A stretch of DNA of 64,000 nt from an uncultured delta proteobacterium (GTDB lineage: Bacteria > Desulfobacterota > Desulfomonilia > UBA1062): contig CAWCTR010000017.1 in NCBI GenBank assembly GCA_963798485.1, positions 96,001 through 160,000 on the forward strand, read 5' to 3'. The number at the start of each line of letters is the position of its first letter. The stretch's first letter is position 1. The position numbers and the translations under genes were made by a program. This document shows positions 47,695 through 56,981 of this stretch, one piece after another. The notes beneath the pieces were generated by a model. The model ran no database searches, was not told the DNA's origin, and saw only the letters and a program-made list of their open reading frames with translations.

Positions 47695-48681
47695 ATGGAC
47701 AAGAAGCGCATCGTATCCGGCATCAGGCCCACAGGCGATCTCCATCTGGGGCACTATCTCGGGGTCCTCAAAAACTGGGTGAGCCTCCAGGATGAATACC
47801 AATGTTTTTATTTCATTGCCGACTGGCATGCGCTGACCAGCGAGTATAAAGACCCCTCCATTATCGCTCAAAGCGCTAAGGACATGGTGACTATCTGGCT
47901 GAGTGTAGGCCTGGACCCTGAAAAATCGGTCATATTCCGTCAGTCGGACATCAAGTCGCATGCCGAGCTGTTCCTGCTCCTGACCATGATCACCCCTTTG
48001 TCCTGGCTCGAGAGGAACCCAACCTATAAAGAGATGAAAGAAGAACTCAAGGAAAAGGACCTGAGCACCTTTGGTTTCTTGGGATATCCGGTGCTCCAGG
48101 CTGCGGATATCGTGATCTATCATGCCGACAGGGTCCCCATCGGGGCCGACCAGCTCCCTCACCTGGAGCTTACCCGCGAGATCGTACGGAGATTCAATTA
48201 TCTCTACGGGGCCGACATCTTGAACGAGCCCAAGGAGATCTTGACCGAGGCTCCAAAGGTCCCGGGGCTCGACGGCAGAAAGATGTCAAAGTCATACGGC
48301 AATGCCGTCTTTATTGACGAGACCGAGGAGACGTTGAAGCCCAAGGTGATGCAGATGCTCACGGACGTCAAGCGTATGAGAAAGACCGACCCCGGCGAGC
48401 CCAAGGATTGTAACCTGTATCCATTCCATGACTTCTTCACGGATGATGCCGCCAGAGAGGAGATCCAGGCAGGCTGCAGGAGCGCCAGGCTGGGGTGTGT
48501 GGACTGCAAGCGCATACTTATTACGAAACTTATACAAGAGTTCAAACCGATATGGGAAAAGATTGAGTATTACCGTGGCCATGAGACCATGGTGGATGAT
48601 ATCCTGAAGGCGGGATGCGATAGGGCCACACATGAGTCAGCTCTCACCATTAACCGGGTGAGGGAGGTCATGAAGCTCTAA
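47695..48681 (+). CDS. trpS: Tryptophanyl-tRNA synthetase
   Basis: HLGH, KMSKS, YPVLQAADI. Confidence 0.97.
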   Translation: MDKKRIVSGIRPTGDLHLGHYLGVLKNWVSLQDEYQCFYFIADWHALTSEYKDPSIIAQSAKDMVTIWLSVGLDPEKSVIFRQSDIKSHAELFLLLTMITPLSWLERNPTYKEMKEELKEKDLSTFGFLGYPVLQAADIVIYHADRVPIGADQLPHLELTREIVRRFNYLYGADILNEPKEILTEAPKVPGLDGRKMSKSYGNAVFIDETEETLKPKVMQMLTDVKRMRKTDPGEPKDCNLYPFHDFFTDDAAREEIQAGCRSARLGCVDCKRILITKLIQEFKPIWEKIEYYRGHETMVDDILKAGCDRATHESALTINRVREVMKL

Positions 48682-48698
48682 GGGTATAAGGGGTTGGA

Positions 48699-49418
48699 AT
48701 GGAACAAACCGTAAGTGCTTCGGCCGCAGGCAACGAGTTCGTGCTGCGCCTGCCCATGTTCGAGGGCCCGCTCGACCTGCTGTTGTACCTTATTGAGAAG
48801 AATCGCTTTACCCTGTCCGACCTCGAAATCTGCCCTATTATTGACCAGTACCTGGCTTATATCGAACGGATAAGATCCCTTGACATATCGCTGGCCGGCG
48901 AGTTTCTCGACATGGCATCATACCTTATCTGGCTGAAGTCACGCCTGCTGCTGCCCCTGGAACTAACCCACAAGGAGGAAGAAGGCAAGAACCCGGCCGA
49001 CGAGCTCAAGGAGATGCTGCTCGCCTACCAGTCTCTCAAGGTTGCCTCCCGCGAGCTCGGCATGAGGCCCATGCTCTACTGGGATACCTTCCCCAAGGGT
49101 GCGTTTGCCGACGAGAGAGATGTATCAATGACTTCTCTCGGCCCCTTGATGGAGGCAATTGCCGCTATTCGCGCCCGCACCAAGCAGCTCATCATGAATG
49201 TCATGCCCATGCGGTTTTCCATCCAGGATATCATGACCCATATCGCCTCACTCTTTTCTTCAAAAAAGAAGATTGCACTGCATGAGGCAGCCCCGACCGG
49301 AGAAAGGACCGAGATCATCGGTACGTTCATGGCAGCCCTGGAGATGTCGAAACTGAGCATTGTCAGACTCATTCAGAAAGGCCTGTTCTCAACCATTTAT
49401 CTGATCAAGAGGGTATAG
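48699..49418 (+). CDS. scpA: Segregation/condensation protein A
   Basis: FEGPLDLLL.LI, EFL.MA..L...KSR.LLP. Confidence 0.93.
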   Translation: MEQTVSASAAGNEFVLRLPMFEGPLDLLLYLIEKNRFTLSDLEICPIIDQYLAYIERIRSLDISLAGEFLDMASYLIWLKSRLLLPLELTHKEEEGKNPADELKEMLLAYQSLKVASRELGMRPMLYWDTFPKGAFADERDVSMTSLGPLMEAIAAIRARTKQLIMNVMPMRFSIQDIMTHIASLFSSKKKIALHEAAPTGERTEIIGTFMAALEMSKLSIVRLIQKGLFSTIYLIKRV

Positions 49419-49470
49419 AGCGATTGAGGCGGGTGGGGATAGTGGCGAAGATTGGAGGGGCCGGTTAAAA

Positions 49471-49974
49471 ATGGGGAATCGGGAGATCGTTGAGGCGCTT
49501 ATCTTTTCATCCGGCAGAGCGCTTTCAATCAAGGAAATCATGAAGATCCTGCCCGGATTGTCCCTCGAAGAGACCAAGCGATGTATTGAGGACCTCAATG
49601 GCATCTATGAGATCTCCAACCGGAGTTTCAGGATAAACCTTGTTGCAACCGGATATATGTTTGTGACCTTGCCCGAGCATGCATCTTTCATCAGGCAGCT
49701 CGTGACGCCGGTGAAGCTCACAGGCGCCGCCCTTGAGGTACTTGCCGTTATTGCCTATAAAGGGCCGTGCTCCAAGCAGACCATCGACGGTATAAGGGGT
49801 GTGGATTCCACCTCAAGCCTCAAACAGCTTCTTAAGCACCAGCTCATCGACATCAAGTCAGGCAAACCCATGATGTATTACATTACGGACAAATTCCTGG
49901 AGGTCTTCGGCCTTGCTTCTTTATCGGAATTGCCCGACATCACCCAGTTTGAAGAGGTCTTTGGGGGCGGGTAA
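49471..49974 (+). CDS. scpB: Segregation/condensation protein B
   Basis: EALIF, ALEVLAVIAY, IRGVDS, FL..FGL.SL.ELP. Confidence 0.93.
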   Translation: MGNREIVEALIFSSGRALSIKEIMKILPGLSLEETKRCIEDLNGIYEISNRSFRINLVATGYMFVTLPEHASFIRQLVTPVKLTGAALEVLAVIAYKGPCSKQTIDGIRGVDSTSSLKQLLKHQLIDIKSGKPMMYYITDKFLEVFGLASLSELPDITQFEEVFGGG

Positions 49975-50097
49975 GGACTAGGAGACAGAAGACAGAAGTC
50001 AGAATAACCTGCGAACAGCCCTGCCGTATAGACAAGATCGAGACCGGCATAGAGATCTCTTCCATTTTACGGGAAGTATTCAGAAGAACTTTATTTC

Positions 50098-50583
50098 TTA
50101 AGCGCACTCGCTCATGTCACCGCCGAGTTTGTCCAGGGCGTGGGGCAATGCGGGTGCAATGCCTTCGAGGCACTCCCTGGCCGCTTTGGGGCTGCCGGGG
50201 ATGTTTACGATGAGTGTGTGCTTCCTCACGCCAACCACAGCCCGTGAGATCATGGCATGGGGGGTCTTTTTGAGGCTTTCGAGGCGCATCACCTCTTCCA
50301 TGCCGGGAACGCGCTTGTCGATGACCGTCAGTGTCGCATCAGGTGTTACATCCCTTACGGACAGGCCTGTGCCCCCTGTGGTGATGATGAGGTCAAGGTG
50401 TTGTTCATCGCACCAGGCAATGAGACGATCTTTAATGAGGCCCTGATCGTCCGGGATAATCTCTGTGATCTCCACGGATATGCCCAAGCCCGTCAGGATC
50501 TCCCGGATAATGGGCCCGCTCAGGTCCTGGCGCAGCCCGGCTGAACCCTTATCGCTCAAGGTGAGCACCCCTGCCTTCTTCAC
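50098..50583 (-). CDS. mog: Molybdopterin adenylyltransferase (MogA/MoaB)
   Basis: TLSDKG, DLSGP, TTGGTG..RDVTP, NIPGSP; GTG start at 50583. Confidence 0.9.
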   Translation of the reverse strand: MKKAGVLTLSDKGSAGLRQDLSGPIIREILTGLGISVEITEIIPDDQGLIKDRLIAWCDEQHLDLIITTGGTGLSVRDVTPDATLTVIDKRVPGMEEVMRLESLKKTPHAMISRAVVGVRKHTLIVNIPGSPKAARECLEGIAPALPHALDKLGGDMSECA

Positions 50584-51014
50584 CGTTTCACCTCCTTGAG
50601 CCTGCCCTGGGCCGCTATCACGATGGCCCTGGGTACGCCCTTGCTCTTGGCAAGCAGGCCGAGGTCCCGCTGGTTGAGGTAGGTAACCTGCGCCATGGCA
50701 ATAGAGAGCGGGGTCTTGGGGTTGTTCACCAGTGCGAACCTGATCTGATAGTTCCTCAGCCACTCCCGGTTCTTTGCAATCTCTTTAAGGACCTCGTCAT
50801 TCACCTGGCGGTTAGTGGCAATGGCCAGTATCTCGCCCTCGGTGATCTTCGGGGAGTTGACCACAGCCAGTTGGACGAGCTTGTTGGAGTCGCGGATAAG
50901 GATCGAACGTGCTTCCTTGGACGCCTTGCGGGCAAGGTCAAGCTTTTCCGAGACGGACATGGTCTGGATTTTCTGGAACAGACTCCTTATGGAATCCGAC
51001 CCGTCATTTTCCAT
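50580..51014 (-). CDS. Conserved hypothetical protein
   Basis: IQTMSVSEKL.LA...EAR.ILIRD.NKLV...NPKTP pattern; coupled to the neighbouring genes. Confidence 0.75.
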   Translation of the reverse strand: MENDGSDSIRSLFQKIQTMSVSEKLDLARKASKEARSILIRDSNKLVQLAVVNSPKITEGEILAIATNRQVNDEVLKEIAKNREWLRNYQIRFALVNNPKTPLSIAMAQVTYLNQRDLGLLAKSKGVPRAIVIAAQGRLKEVKR

Positions 51015-53088
51015 CTTTTGCTGCCTTCGCCTCCTCAACGATCTTGTCCTGGAGATTGAACGGCACCGGGTCCAGGTGTGAGAAGCCCATGGTAAATGTG
51101 CCCCGTCCCGAGGTGATGGAGGTGAGGCTGGCTGCATAGGTGAGCACCTCGGCCAGAGGAATCTGGGCCTTGAGCTCCTGGTACTTGCCCCTGGAGTTCA
51201 TGCCCTCTATCTTGGCCCTGCGGCTGTTGAGGTCGCCCATGACATCACCCATGCACTCCTCGGGTACGGTTACCGTGATGTTCATGATGGGCTCTAATAG
51301 GATCGGCCTGCACTGCTCCATGGCCTTCTTGAAGGCCAGTGAACCGGCGATCTTGAAGGCCATTTCAGAGGAGTCCACCTCGTGGTACGAGCCGAAATAC
51401 ACAGTGACTTTAATGTCCACTACAGGGTTTCCCGTCAACGGTCCTGTCTGCATGGATTCGATCACTCCCTTTTCCACGGCCGGGATATACTGTCTGGGGA
51501 TGACCCCGCCCACGATGCCATTGACGAAATCGAAGCCTGCCCCTCGTTCCTGGGGTTCCACCCTGAGCCAGCAATCGCCGAACTGGCCGTGGCCGCCGGT
51601 CTGTTTTTTGTGTTTGCCCTGCACCTCTGCGCTTGTGGTGATGGTTTCTTTGTAGGGGACTTTGGGCGTCTTCAGATCCACCTCCACTCCGTACCTTCTC
51701 TTGAGCCTGTCTACCGCGATCTCGATGTGGAGCTGGCCAAGGCCGGACAGGATAAACTCGCCGGTCTGTTCGTCTCGGAACACCTTGAGCACCGGGTCTT
51801 CATCCATGATCTTATGAAATGCAGGCATGATCTTTTCCACGTCCGCCTTGGTCTTGGGGGTTACGGCCATGTTCATGATGGGTTCGGGGAAGGTCGGGCT
51901 CGGGAGCGTAAAAGGAACAGATTCCGAGAGCAGTGTGTCGCCTGTCTTGGTCTCTTTCAACTTTGCAACGGCAAAGATATCGCCCGGACCTACCAGATCA
52001 AGGGGTTTCTGGGTCTTACCCTCGAGCAAGAGGATGGATCCCACCCGCTCCTTGACCTCGCGTTTTGCGTTATACACGCTTGAGTCGGGGCTTAAGCTGC
52101 CCGAGAGGCACCGGATGAGGCTCAAGGTCCCGGTATACGGGTCGCTCATGGTCTTGAAGACGTAACCGCAGAAGGGTTGATCTTCGGCAGGCTTATATTC
52201 TTTTGTCTCACCCTTGCTGTTTTGTAGCGGGGGTAGTGACCTCTTATCGGGGGTTATGAATGAGGAGCTGATAAAGTCCATAACAGGCTGAATACCCATG
52301 TTCAGCAGGGCCGATCCACAGAACACCGGGAGGAACAGGCCTTTGGCAAGCCCGGCAGCCAGCGCATTATCGAGCTCGGACTGAGAAAGCTCTCCGCCCT
52401 CGAGGTATTTTTCCATCAAGGCGTCATCAACCTCGGCCAGGTCTTCGATGACCTTTCCATAGACCTCTTCAAGCTGGTCTTGCATGTCCGCAGGAACAGC
52501 GGCTTCTTTAAAGGACCCTGAGCCATCCTTTTCATAAAGGTAGGCCTTTTTCTTGAGCACGTCCACTACGCCTGCAAAGCTGTCCTCGGCGCCGATGGGC
52601 AATGTCAGGGGTAATGGCTTTATCTCAAAGACTTCCGATATGTCGGTGAGCACCTGTTCGTAATTGGCGCGTTCCCTGTCTATCTTGTTGACAAAGCATG
52701 TTTTGGTCAGGCCTTCCGCACGCGCCATCTTCCAGAGATTTTCGGAATAGGGCTTGATGGAATCTATGGCATCGATGACGAAAAGCGCGTTGTCACATGA
52801 TTTTAAGCCGAGAATGACCTCAGAGGTGAAGTTGGTGTCGCCTGGCGTGTCCAGCATGATAACCCCTGTGTTCTTCCACTTGAAATTGTGCAGGGCGCTG
52901 AAGATTGAAGACTGGCGTTTGATCTCTTCAGGCTCAAAGTCAAGGACGGTATTGCCGTCGAGCACCTTACCGAGTCTGGTAGTGGCCTTGGCGTTGAATA
53001 AGAAGGCCTCACCGAGAGATGTCTTCCCGGCGCCGGATTGTGACATGATGATCACATCTTTCAAGTTTTCCGTGCGAAATTTCCTCAT
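51004..53088 (-). CDS. fusA: Elongation factor G-like protein (EF-G2 type)
   Basis: GAGKTS, DTPG, NKID, KKQTGGHGQFG, HEVDSSEMAF; GGAGG RBS before 53088. Confidence 0.92.
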   Translation of the reverse strand: MRKFRTENLKDVIIMSQSGAGKTSLGEAFLFNAKATTRLGKVLDGNTVLDFEPEEIKRQSSIFSALHNFKWKNTGVIMLDTPGDTNFTSEVILGLKSCDNALFVIDAIDSIKPYSENLWKMARAEGLTKTCFVNKIDRERANYEQVLTDISEVFEIKPLPLTLPIGAEDSFAGVVDVLKKKAYLYEKDGSGSFKEAAVPADMQDQLEEVYGKVIEDLAEVDDALMEKYLEGGELSQSELDNALAAGLAKGLFLPVFCGSALLNMGIQPVMDFISSSFITPDKRSLPPLQNSKGETKEYKPAEDQPFCGYVFKTMSDPYTGTLSLIRCLSGSLSPDSSVYNAKREVKERVGSILLLEGKTQKPLDLVGPGDIFAVAKLKETKTGDTLLSESVPFTLPSPTFPEPIMNMAVTPKTKADVEKIMPAFHKIMDEDPVLKVFRDEQTGEFILSGLGQLHIEIAVDRLKRRYGVEVDLKTPKVPYKETITTSAEVQGKHKKQTGGHGQFGDCWLRVEPQERGAGFDFVNGIVGGVIPRQYIPAVEKGVIESMQTGPLTGNPVVDIKVTVYFGSYHEVDSSEMAFKIAGSLAFKKAMEQCRPILLEPIMNITVTVPEECMGDVMGDLNSRRAKIEGMNSRGKYQELKAQIPLAEVLTYAASLTSITSGRGTFTMGFSHLDPVPFNLQDKIVEEAKAAKDGK

Positions 53089-53244
53089 TGATCCTCCCAT
53101 TAACCCAAATCTTTTAAGCTTAGGCTTTTTAACTGAAAAGGCCCTATCAAGTCAAGGTGAGGCTTATGCGTTGAGGCAGGTATCCGGATATGGGTGTATA
53201 AACAGGTTTGCATAAAATTCCCCTTATGCGGTACATTGTTTCAT

Positions 53245-54150
53245 ATGTGGAAGGACATCCAAGGACACGGCCACATCACAGAACTGCTTAGGGCTTACTG
53301 CCTATCCGGCAAGGTGCCTCATGCATTTTTGTTCGCAGGGGCTACTGGCCTTGGTAAGACCTTTGTGGCAAAGGAGTTTTTCAAGGCACTGAATTGTCTC
53401 GAAAGATCAGGCGATTCGTGCAATAAATGCAGGAGTTGCCTGAAGGTGATGGCAGGGACACATCCGGACCTTACCGAGTTGAACCCTTCTACCAGATGGA
53501 TCAAGGTGGACGATGTGAGGGAAGTCCTCTCAGAGGTCGGATTAAAGCCCTTTGAGGCACACATGAAGGGTATTATCATAGAGCCTGCCGAGCACCTTGG
53601 CAATGAAAGCGCCAATGCCCTATTGAAGACCCTCGAAGAGCCGCCTTCCAGCACGGTGATCGTGCTCATCAGCCACAGGCCGAAGCTGTTACTGCCGACT
53701 ATTGTCTCCAGGTGCCAGCTTATCCGCTTTAGCGAGGATGAGGCCGGCCGGTTTCCCGGGCAAGGCATAAACGCCTTACACCCTGAACGCGAAAGTGCCG
53801 AAATGAGGGATGCTTATGTCATGCGCCAGGAGATCGTCGCCCTGCTGAACGGCAGTGATCCGGCCTTGCTTTCCAGGAAATATTTCGATTCCGAGGGATG
53901 GGAAGTATTGCCGGAGGTGCTGGTGATAGTGGAATCGATGATTCGGGATATCATGGCGCTCCGGCTCGGCTGTGAGGTGGTGATGAACGAATCTTTAAGA
54001 CAGACCCCTATAAGATATGCAGGTATGGAGGAGATCGAGAACATAACAAGCCTTATCAGCACCATGCGGCGAGGCGTGAATGAGAATATCAATTTGAGGA
54101 TTGCAGCGACCGAGCTGTTTATCATGATAAGTCAGCTCTCTGGGGCATAA
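53245..54150 (+). CDS. holB: DNA polymerase III delta-prime subunit
   Basis: HAFLF.G..GLGK, CNKCRSC, HPD, ANALLKTLEEPP, LPTIVSRC. Confidence 0.9.
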   Translation: MWKDIQGHGHITELLRAYCLSGKVPHAFLFAGATGLGKTFVAKEFFKALNCLERSGDSCNKCRSCLKVMAGTHPDLTELNPSTRWIKVDDVREVLSEVGLKPFEAHMKGIIIEPAEHLGNESANALLKTLEEPPSSTVIVLISHRPKLLLPTIVSRCQLIRFSEDEAGRFPGQGINALHPERESAEMRDAYVMRQEIVALLNGSDPALLSRKYFDSEGWEVLPEVLVIVESMIRDIMALRLGCEVVMNESLRQTPIRYAGMEEIENITSLISTMRRGVNENINLRIAATELFIMISQLSGA

Positions 54151-54162
54151 GGGATAAGCGTC

Positions 54163-54225
54163 TGTAGGAGCGGCTTTAGCCGCGATTTCTTATTTGTGCC
54201 GATCGCGGCTAAAGCCGCTCCTACA
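54163..54225. repeat. Inverted REP doublet (REPIN-like)
   Basis: Perfect 24-bp inverted repeat TGTAGGAGCGGCTTTAGCCGCGAT (54163-54186 / 54202-54225) between convergent genes. Confidence 0.88.
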
Positions 54226-54230
54226 ATTTT

Positions 54231-54935
54231 CTATAGAGGTCTCTTCCACTTTGATTTCACCGGCCTCTTTTTAAGAAGCACATACATCGCCCCTGTGCCG
54301 CCATCATAGGGGCGGGCCGAACAGAAGGCCAGCACCAGGTGTGATAGGGTCCCGGTGGTAAGCCACCTTACCACCCCCTCCTTGAGAACGGGACCGGTAT
54401 CCGATTTCAGCCCCCTGCCATGGATGATGAGGAGCGAGCGGTACCCCATGGCATGGCAGTTCTGAATGAAGTTCACAAGGGCGCTCTTTGCAGCTTCCTT
54501 CACGTGGCCATGGAGGTCGAGATGGGCCTGGATGGTCAGCTCGCCTGATTTCAACTGTTTCAACACCCTGGGGTCCAGCGCTATAACATTTCCTTCCAGG
54601 TATTCACCCGTGCAGGTGATGTCAAAACGTGTCTTTCCCGATACCAGGGCATGGAGTGTATCCATGACCTCTTTGTCCTGTCTGCGTGAATTTTCTCGTA
54701 CCTGATGGGCGATCTCTTCCTGGTCCAAGGGTTCAGGGGTTACACGGTCGTTGGGCAGCAGCAAGACCCCCTCCATGGCCTTGGTGTATATTGTAGAATC
54801 ATCTTCATCGTTTTGGGTGTTTACCGGGGGCTGAACCTGTGGTGTCTTCGAGGGTTTGGGCTCGGGCTTCCTCTCTTTCGGCAGCCTTAGTCCTTTGAGC
54901 CCTGAGAAGGGTGTATTGAAGAGTTTATCAGCCAT
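54231..54935 (-). CDS. Smr/MutS2-domain protein
   Basis: LDLHG, IIHGRG..S, GGTGA.YVLL. Confidence 0.9.
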   Translation of the reverse strand: MADKLFNTPFSGLKGLRLPKERKPEPKPSKTPQVQPPVNTQNDEDDSTIYTKAMEGVLLLPNDRVTPEPLDQEEIAHQVRENSRRQDKEVMDTLHALVSGKTRFDITCTGEYLEGNVIALDPRVLKQLKSGELTIQAHLDLHGHVKEAAKSALVNFIQNCHAMGYRSLLIIHGRGLKSDTGPVLKEGVVRWLTTGTLSHLVLAFCSARPYDGGTGAMYVLLKKRPVKSKWKRPL

Positions 54936-54949
54936 GATTATTTATTAAC

Positions 54950-55031
54950 AAAAAAAAAGGGCCCACTCAAGTAATAGGTGGTAGTGGGCCTAAAAGGAGG
55001 TCTATAGCCCTTAGAAGGATTGCTATAGGCT
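54950..55031 (-). ncRNA. Candidate small RNA (or attenuator leader) divergent from the LysR gene
   Basis: TTGACA-N18-TATAAA promoter (55067-55038), 5' hairpin, single-stranded CCTCCTTTT, GGCCCACT/AGTGGGCC terminator and U9 tail. Confidence 0.55.
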
Positions 55032-55124
55032 GCGGTGTTTATATAGGAGCTACTTCGACCATGTCAAATATTTTTCTCTTATGATATTGTTAAATAAAAG
55101 TAAATCGTGCTGTAAGGGAGTGTT

Positions 55125-56039
55125 ATGAACATACACCAGGTATACATCTTCAATATAACTGCGCGGACGTTGAGCATCACCAAGACCGCCAAGAAGATGC
55201 ACCTGTCGCAGCCGTCGGTGAGTATCCAGATTAAGGACCTTGAAGATTCGTTGAATGTCCGCCTCTTTGACCGGATTAACCGCAAGATCACCCTAACGGA
55301 TGCCGGGAAGACATTCTTTGAATACTCGGAAAGGCTCCTTCATCTGATCGATGAGATCAATGGCGTGATGAATGAATTCAGCTCCGGGGATGTCGGCAGA
55401 CTGGTGCTCGGCGCCGCCAACACCGTAGGGATCTATGTCCTGCCGAAGTTCCTGGGTGAGTTTAAAGAGCGTTACCCCAAGGCTGAAATCGCCCTGAATA
55501 TCCAGAATCGGCAGGAGGCAGTGGAACAGTGCGTGGCTGGCGAGCTCGATTTTGCCTTTATGCAGGACCCGCCCAAGCACCCCGACCTTCAGGCTGAATT
55601 CTTCATGAATGACGAGTTGGTCATTGTGTGTTCCCCCAAGCACCGCTGGGCGGAAATGGGTCACCTCACCATGAAGACGCTGTCTTCCGAGCCCTCGGCC
55701 ATCATTCTGAGGGAGGAAGGGTCCGGTACAAGGGGGATCATCGAGTATGTGATCAAGCGCTTTGGTATAGAGCGCAAGGTCACCATGGAACTGAGTTCGT
55801 CGGAAGGGATAAAGAGGGCGGTCGAGGCTAACCTTGGGGTGGCGGTGCTCTCCAGGAATGTCATCAAGAATGAAGTTGAAAACAAGACCCTCGTCGCGCT
55901 TCCCATAAAAGACCTGAACACTAAAAGGGAGTTCTTTATCGTAAGGAATAAGAAACGGAAATCCCTGCCTCTCATGATGAAGTTCTATGACTTCATCCTC
56001 GACAAGCGGGCTGCAATCGAAGATCCTGGTTCTAAGTAG
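55125..56039 (+). CDS. LysR-family transcriptional regulator (CysL/CmpR-like)
   Basis: S.T.TA..MHLSQPSVS.QI..LE, REEGSGTR. Confidence 0.95.
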   Translation: MNIHQVYIFNITARTLSITKTAKKMHLSQPSVSIQIKDLEDSLNVRLFDRINRKITLTDAGKTFFEYSERLLHLIDEINGVMNEFSSGDVGRLVLGAANTVGIYVLPKFLGEFKERYPKAEIALNIQNRQEAVEQCVAGELDFAFMQDPPKHPDLQAEFFMNDELVIVCSPKHRWAEMGHLTMKTLSSEPSAIILREEGSGTRGIIEYVIKRFGIERKVTMELSSSEGIKRAVEANLGVAVLSRNVIKNEVENKTLVALPIKDLNTKREFFIVRNKKRKSLPLMMKFYDFILDKRAAIEDPGSK

Positions 56040-56131
56040 CCTGTCTTTTCTTGACAGTTCTTGACAGCAAAAGATCAAGGATGATATGAATCACCATTCA
56101 GTTTTCGTTCAATTTCTTGACAGGAGTGAGT

Positions 56132-56680
56132 ATGCAGGAAATAAGGTTTCACGGGAGAGGCGGTCAGGGTGCGGTCACTTCGGCTGAGCTCATAGCCATA
56201 GCTGCGATCAACAAAGGCAACTGCGCGCAGGCTTTTCCAAGTTTCGGACCGGAGCGGCGTGGTGCGCCGGTCGTTGCATTCTGCAGGGTCGACGACAAGA
56301 AGATCAATATCAGGGCCAAGGTATATAACCCCGATGTGGTCATCGTGCTTGACCCGGGGCTGCTCACGCTCCTCGATCCGGCCGAAGGCCTGAAAGAGGG
56401 CGGCATTCTTCTCATCAACACAAAAAAGAGCCCGGATGAGATTGCAAAGCCGAATGTCGGCTACAAGGTCGCTACGGTGGATGCGAGCACGATCGCCATG
56501 GAAGAACTGGGGAGAGTGATTGTGAATACCACCATGGTCGGTGCATTCATAAAGGCAACGGGGCTCATCACCATCGAGGATATCAAGGGACCGCTCTTGG
56601 AGCGTTTTGGGGCGAAGCTCGGCGCCAGGAACATGAAGGCCCTGGAGCGCGCCTACAACGAGGTAGTGATCAAGGGGTAA
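56132..56680 (+). CDS. porC: Pyruvate/2-oxoacid:ferredoxin oxidoreductase gamma subunit
   Basis: EIRFHGRGGQGAVT, FGPERRGAPV. Confidence 0.93.
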   Translation: MQEIRFHGRGGQGAVTSAELIAIAAINKGNCAQAFPSFGPERRGAPVVAFCRVDDKKINIRAKVYNPDVVIVLDPGLLTLLDPAEGLKEGGILLINTKKSPDEIAKPNVGYKVATVDASTIAMEELGRVIVNTTMVGAFIKATGLITIEDIKGPLLERFGAKLGARNMKALERAYNEVVIKG

Positions 56681-56684
56681 TGCC

Positions 56685-56978
56685 ATGGCAAAACCAATGG
56701 AGAAGATTACGTGGCAAGAATTAGAGACCGGTGCGGTTGTCGTTGAGATAGGGAATGCCCGGCAGTATGAGACGGGCTCCTGGCGTTCCGAACGGCCGAT
56801 TGTGGATAAGAGGCAGTGCATCAGGTGTGGAGTCTGCTGGCTGTTCTGCCCGGATATGAGCATCGTGAGGGCGTCAGAAGGTCATTTCGAGGCCAACCTC
56901 ACCTACTGCAAGGGGTGCGGCATCTGCGCCAAGGAATGTCCCGTGGGCTGCATCAAGATGGTCAGCGAGGAGGAGTGA
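56685..56978 (+). CDS. porD: Oxidoreductase delta subunit
   Basis: TGSWRS.RP, CIRCGVC..CP, YCKGCGICAKECP. Confidence 0.93.
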   Translation: MAKPMEKITWQELETGAVVVEIGNARQYETGSWRSERPIVDKRQCIRCGVCWLFCPDMSIVRASEGHFEANLTYCKGCGICAKECPVGCIKMVSEEE

Positions 56979-56981
56979 GAA

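Noticed and set aside
49983-50003. AGACAGA-AGACAGA-AGTCAGA heptamer repeat
   Set aside because: Only three units, with no associated gene; treated as a minor simple repeat.
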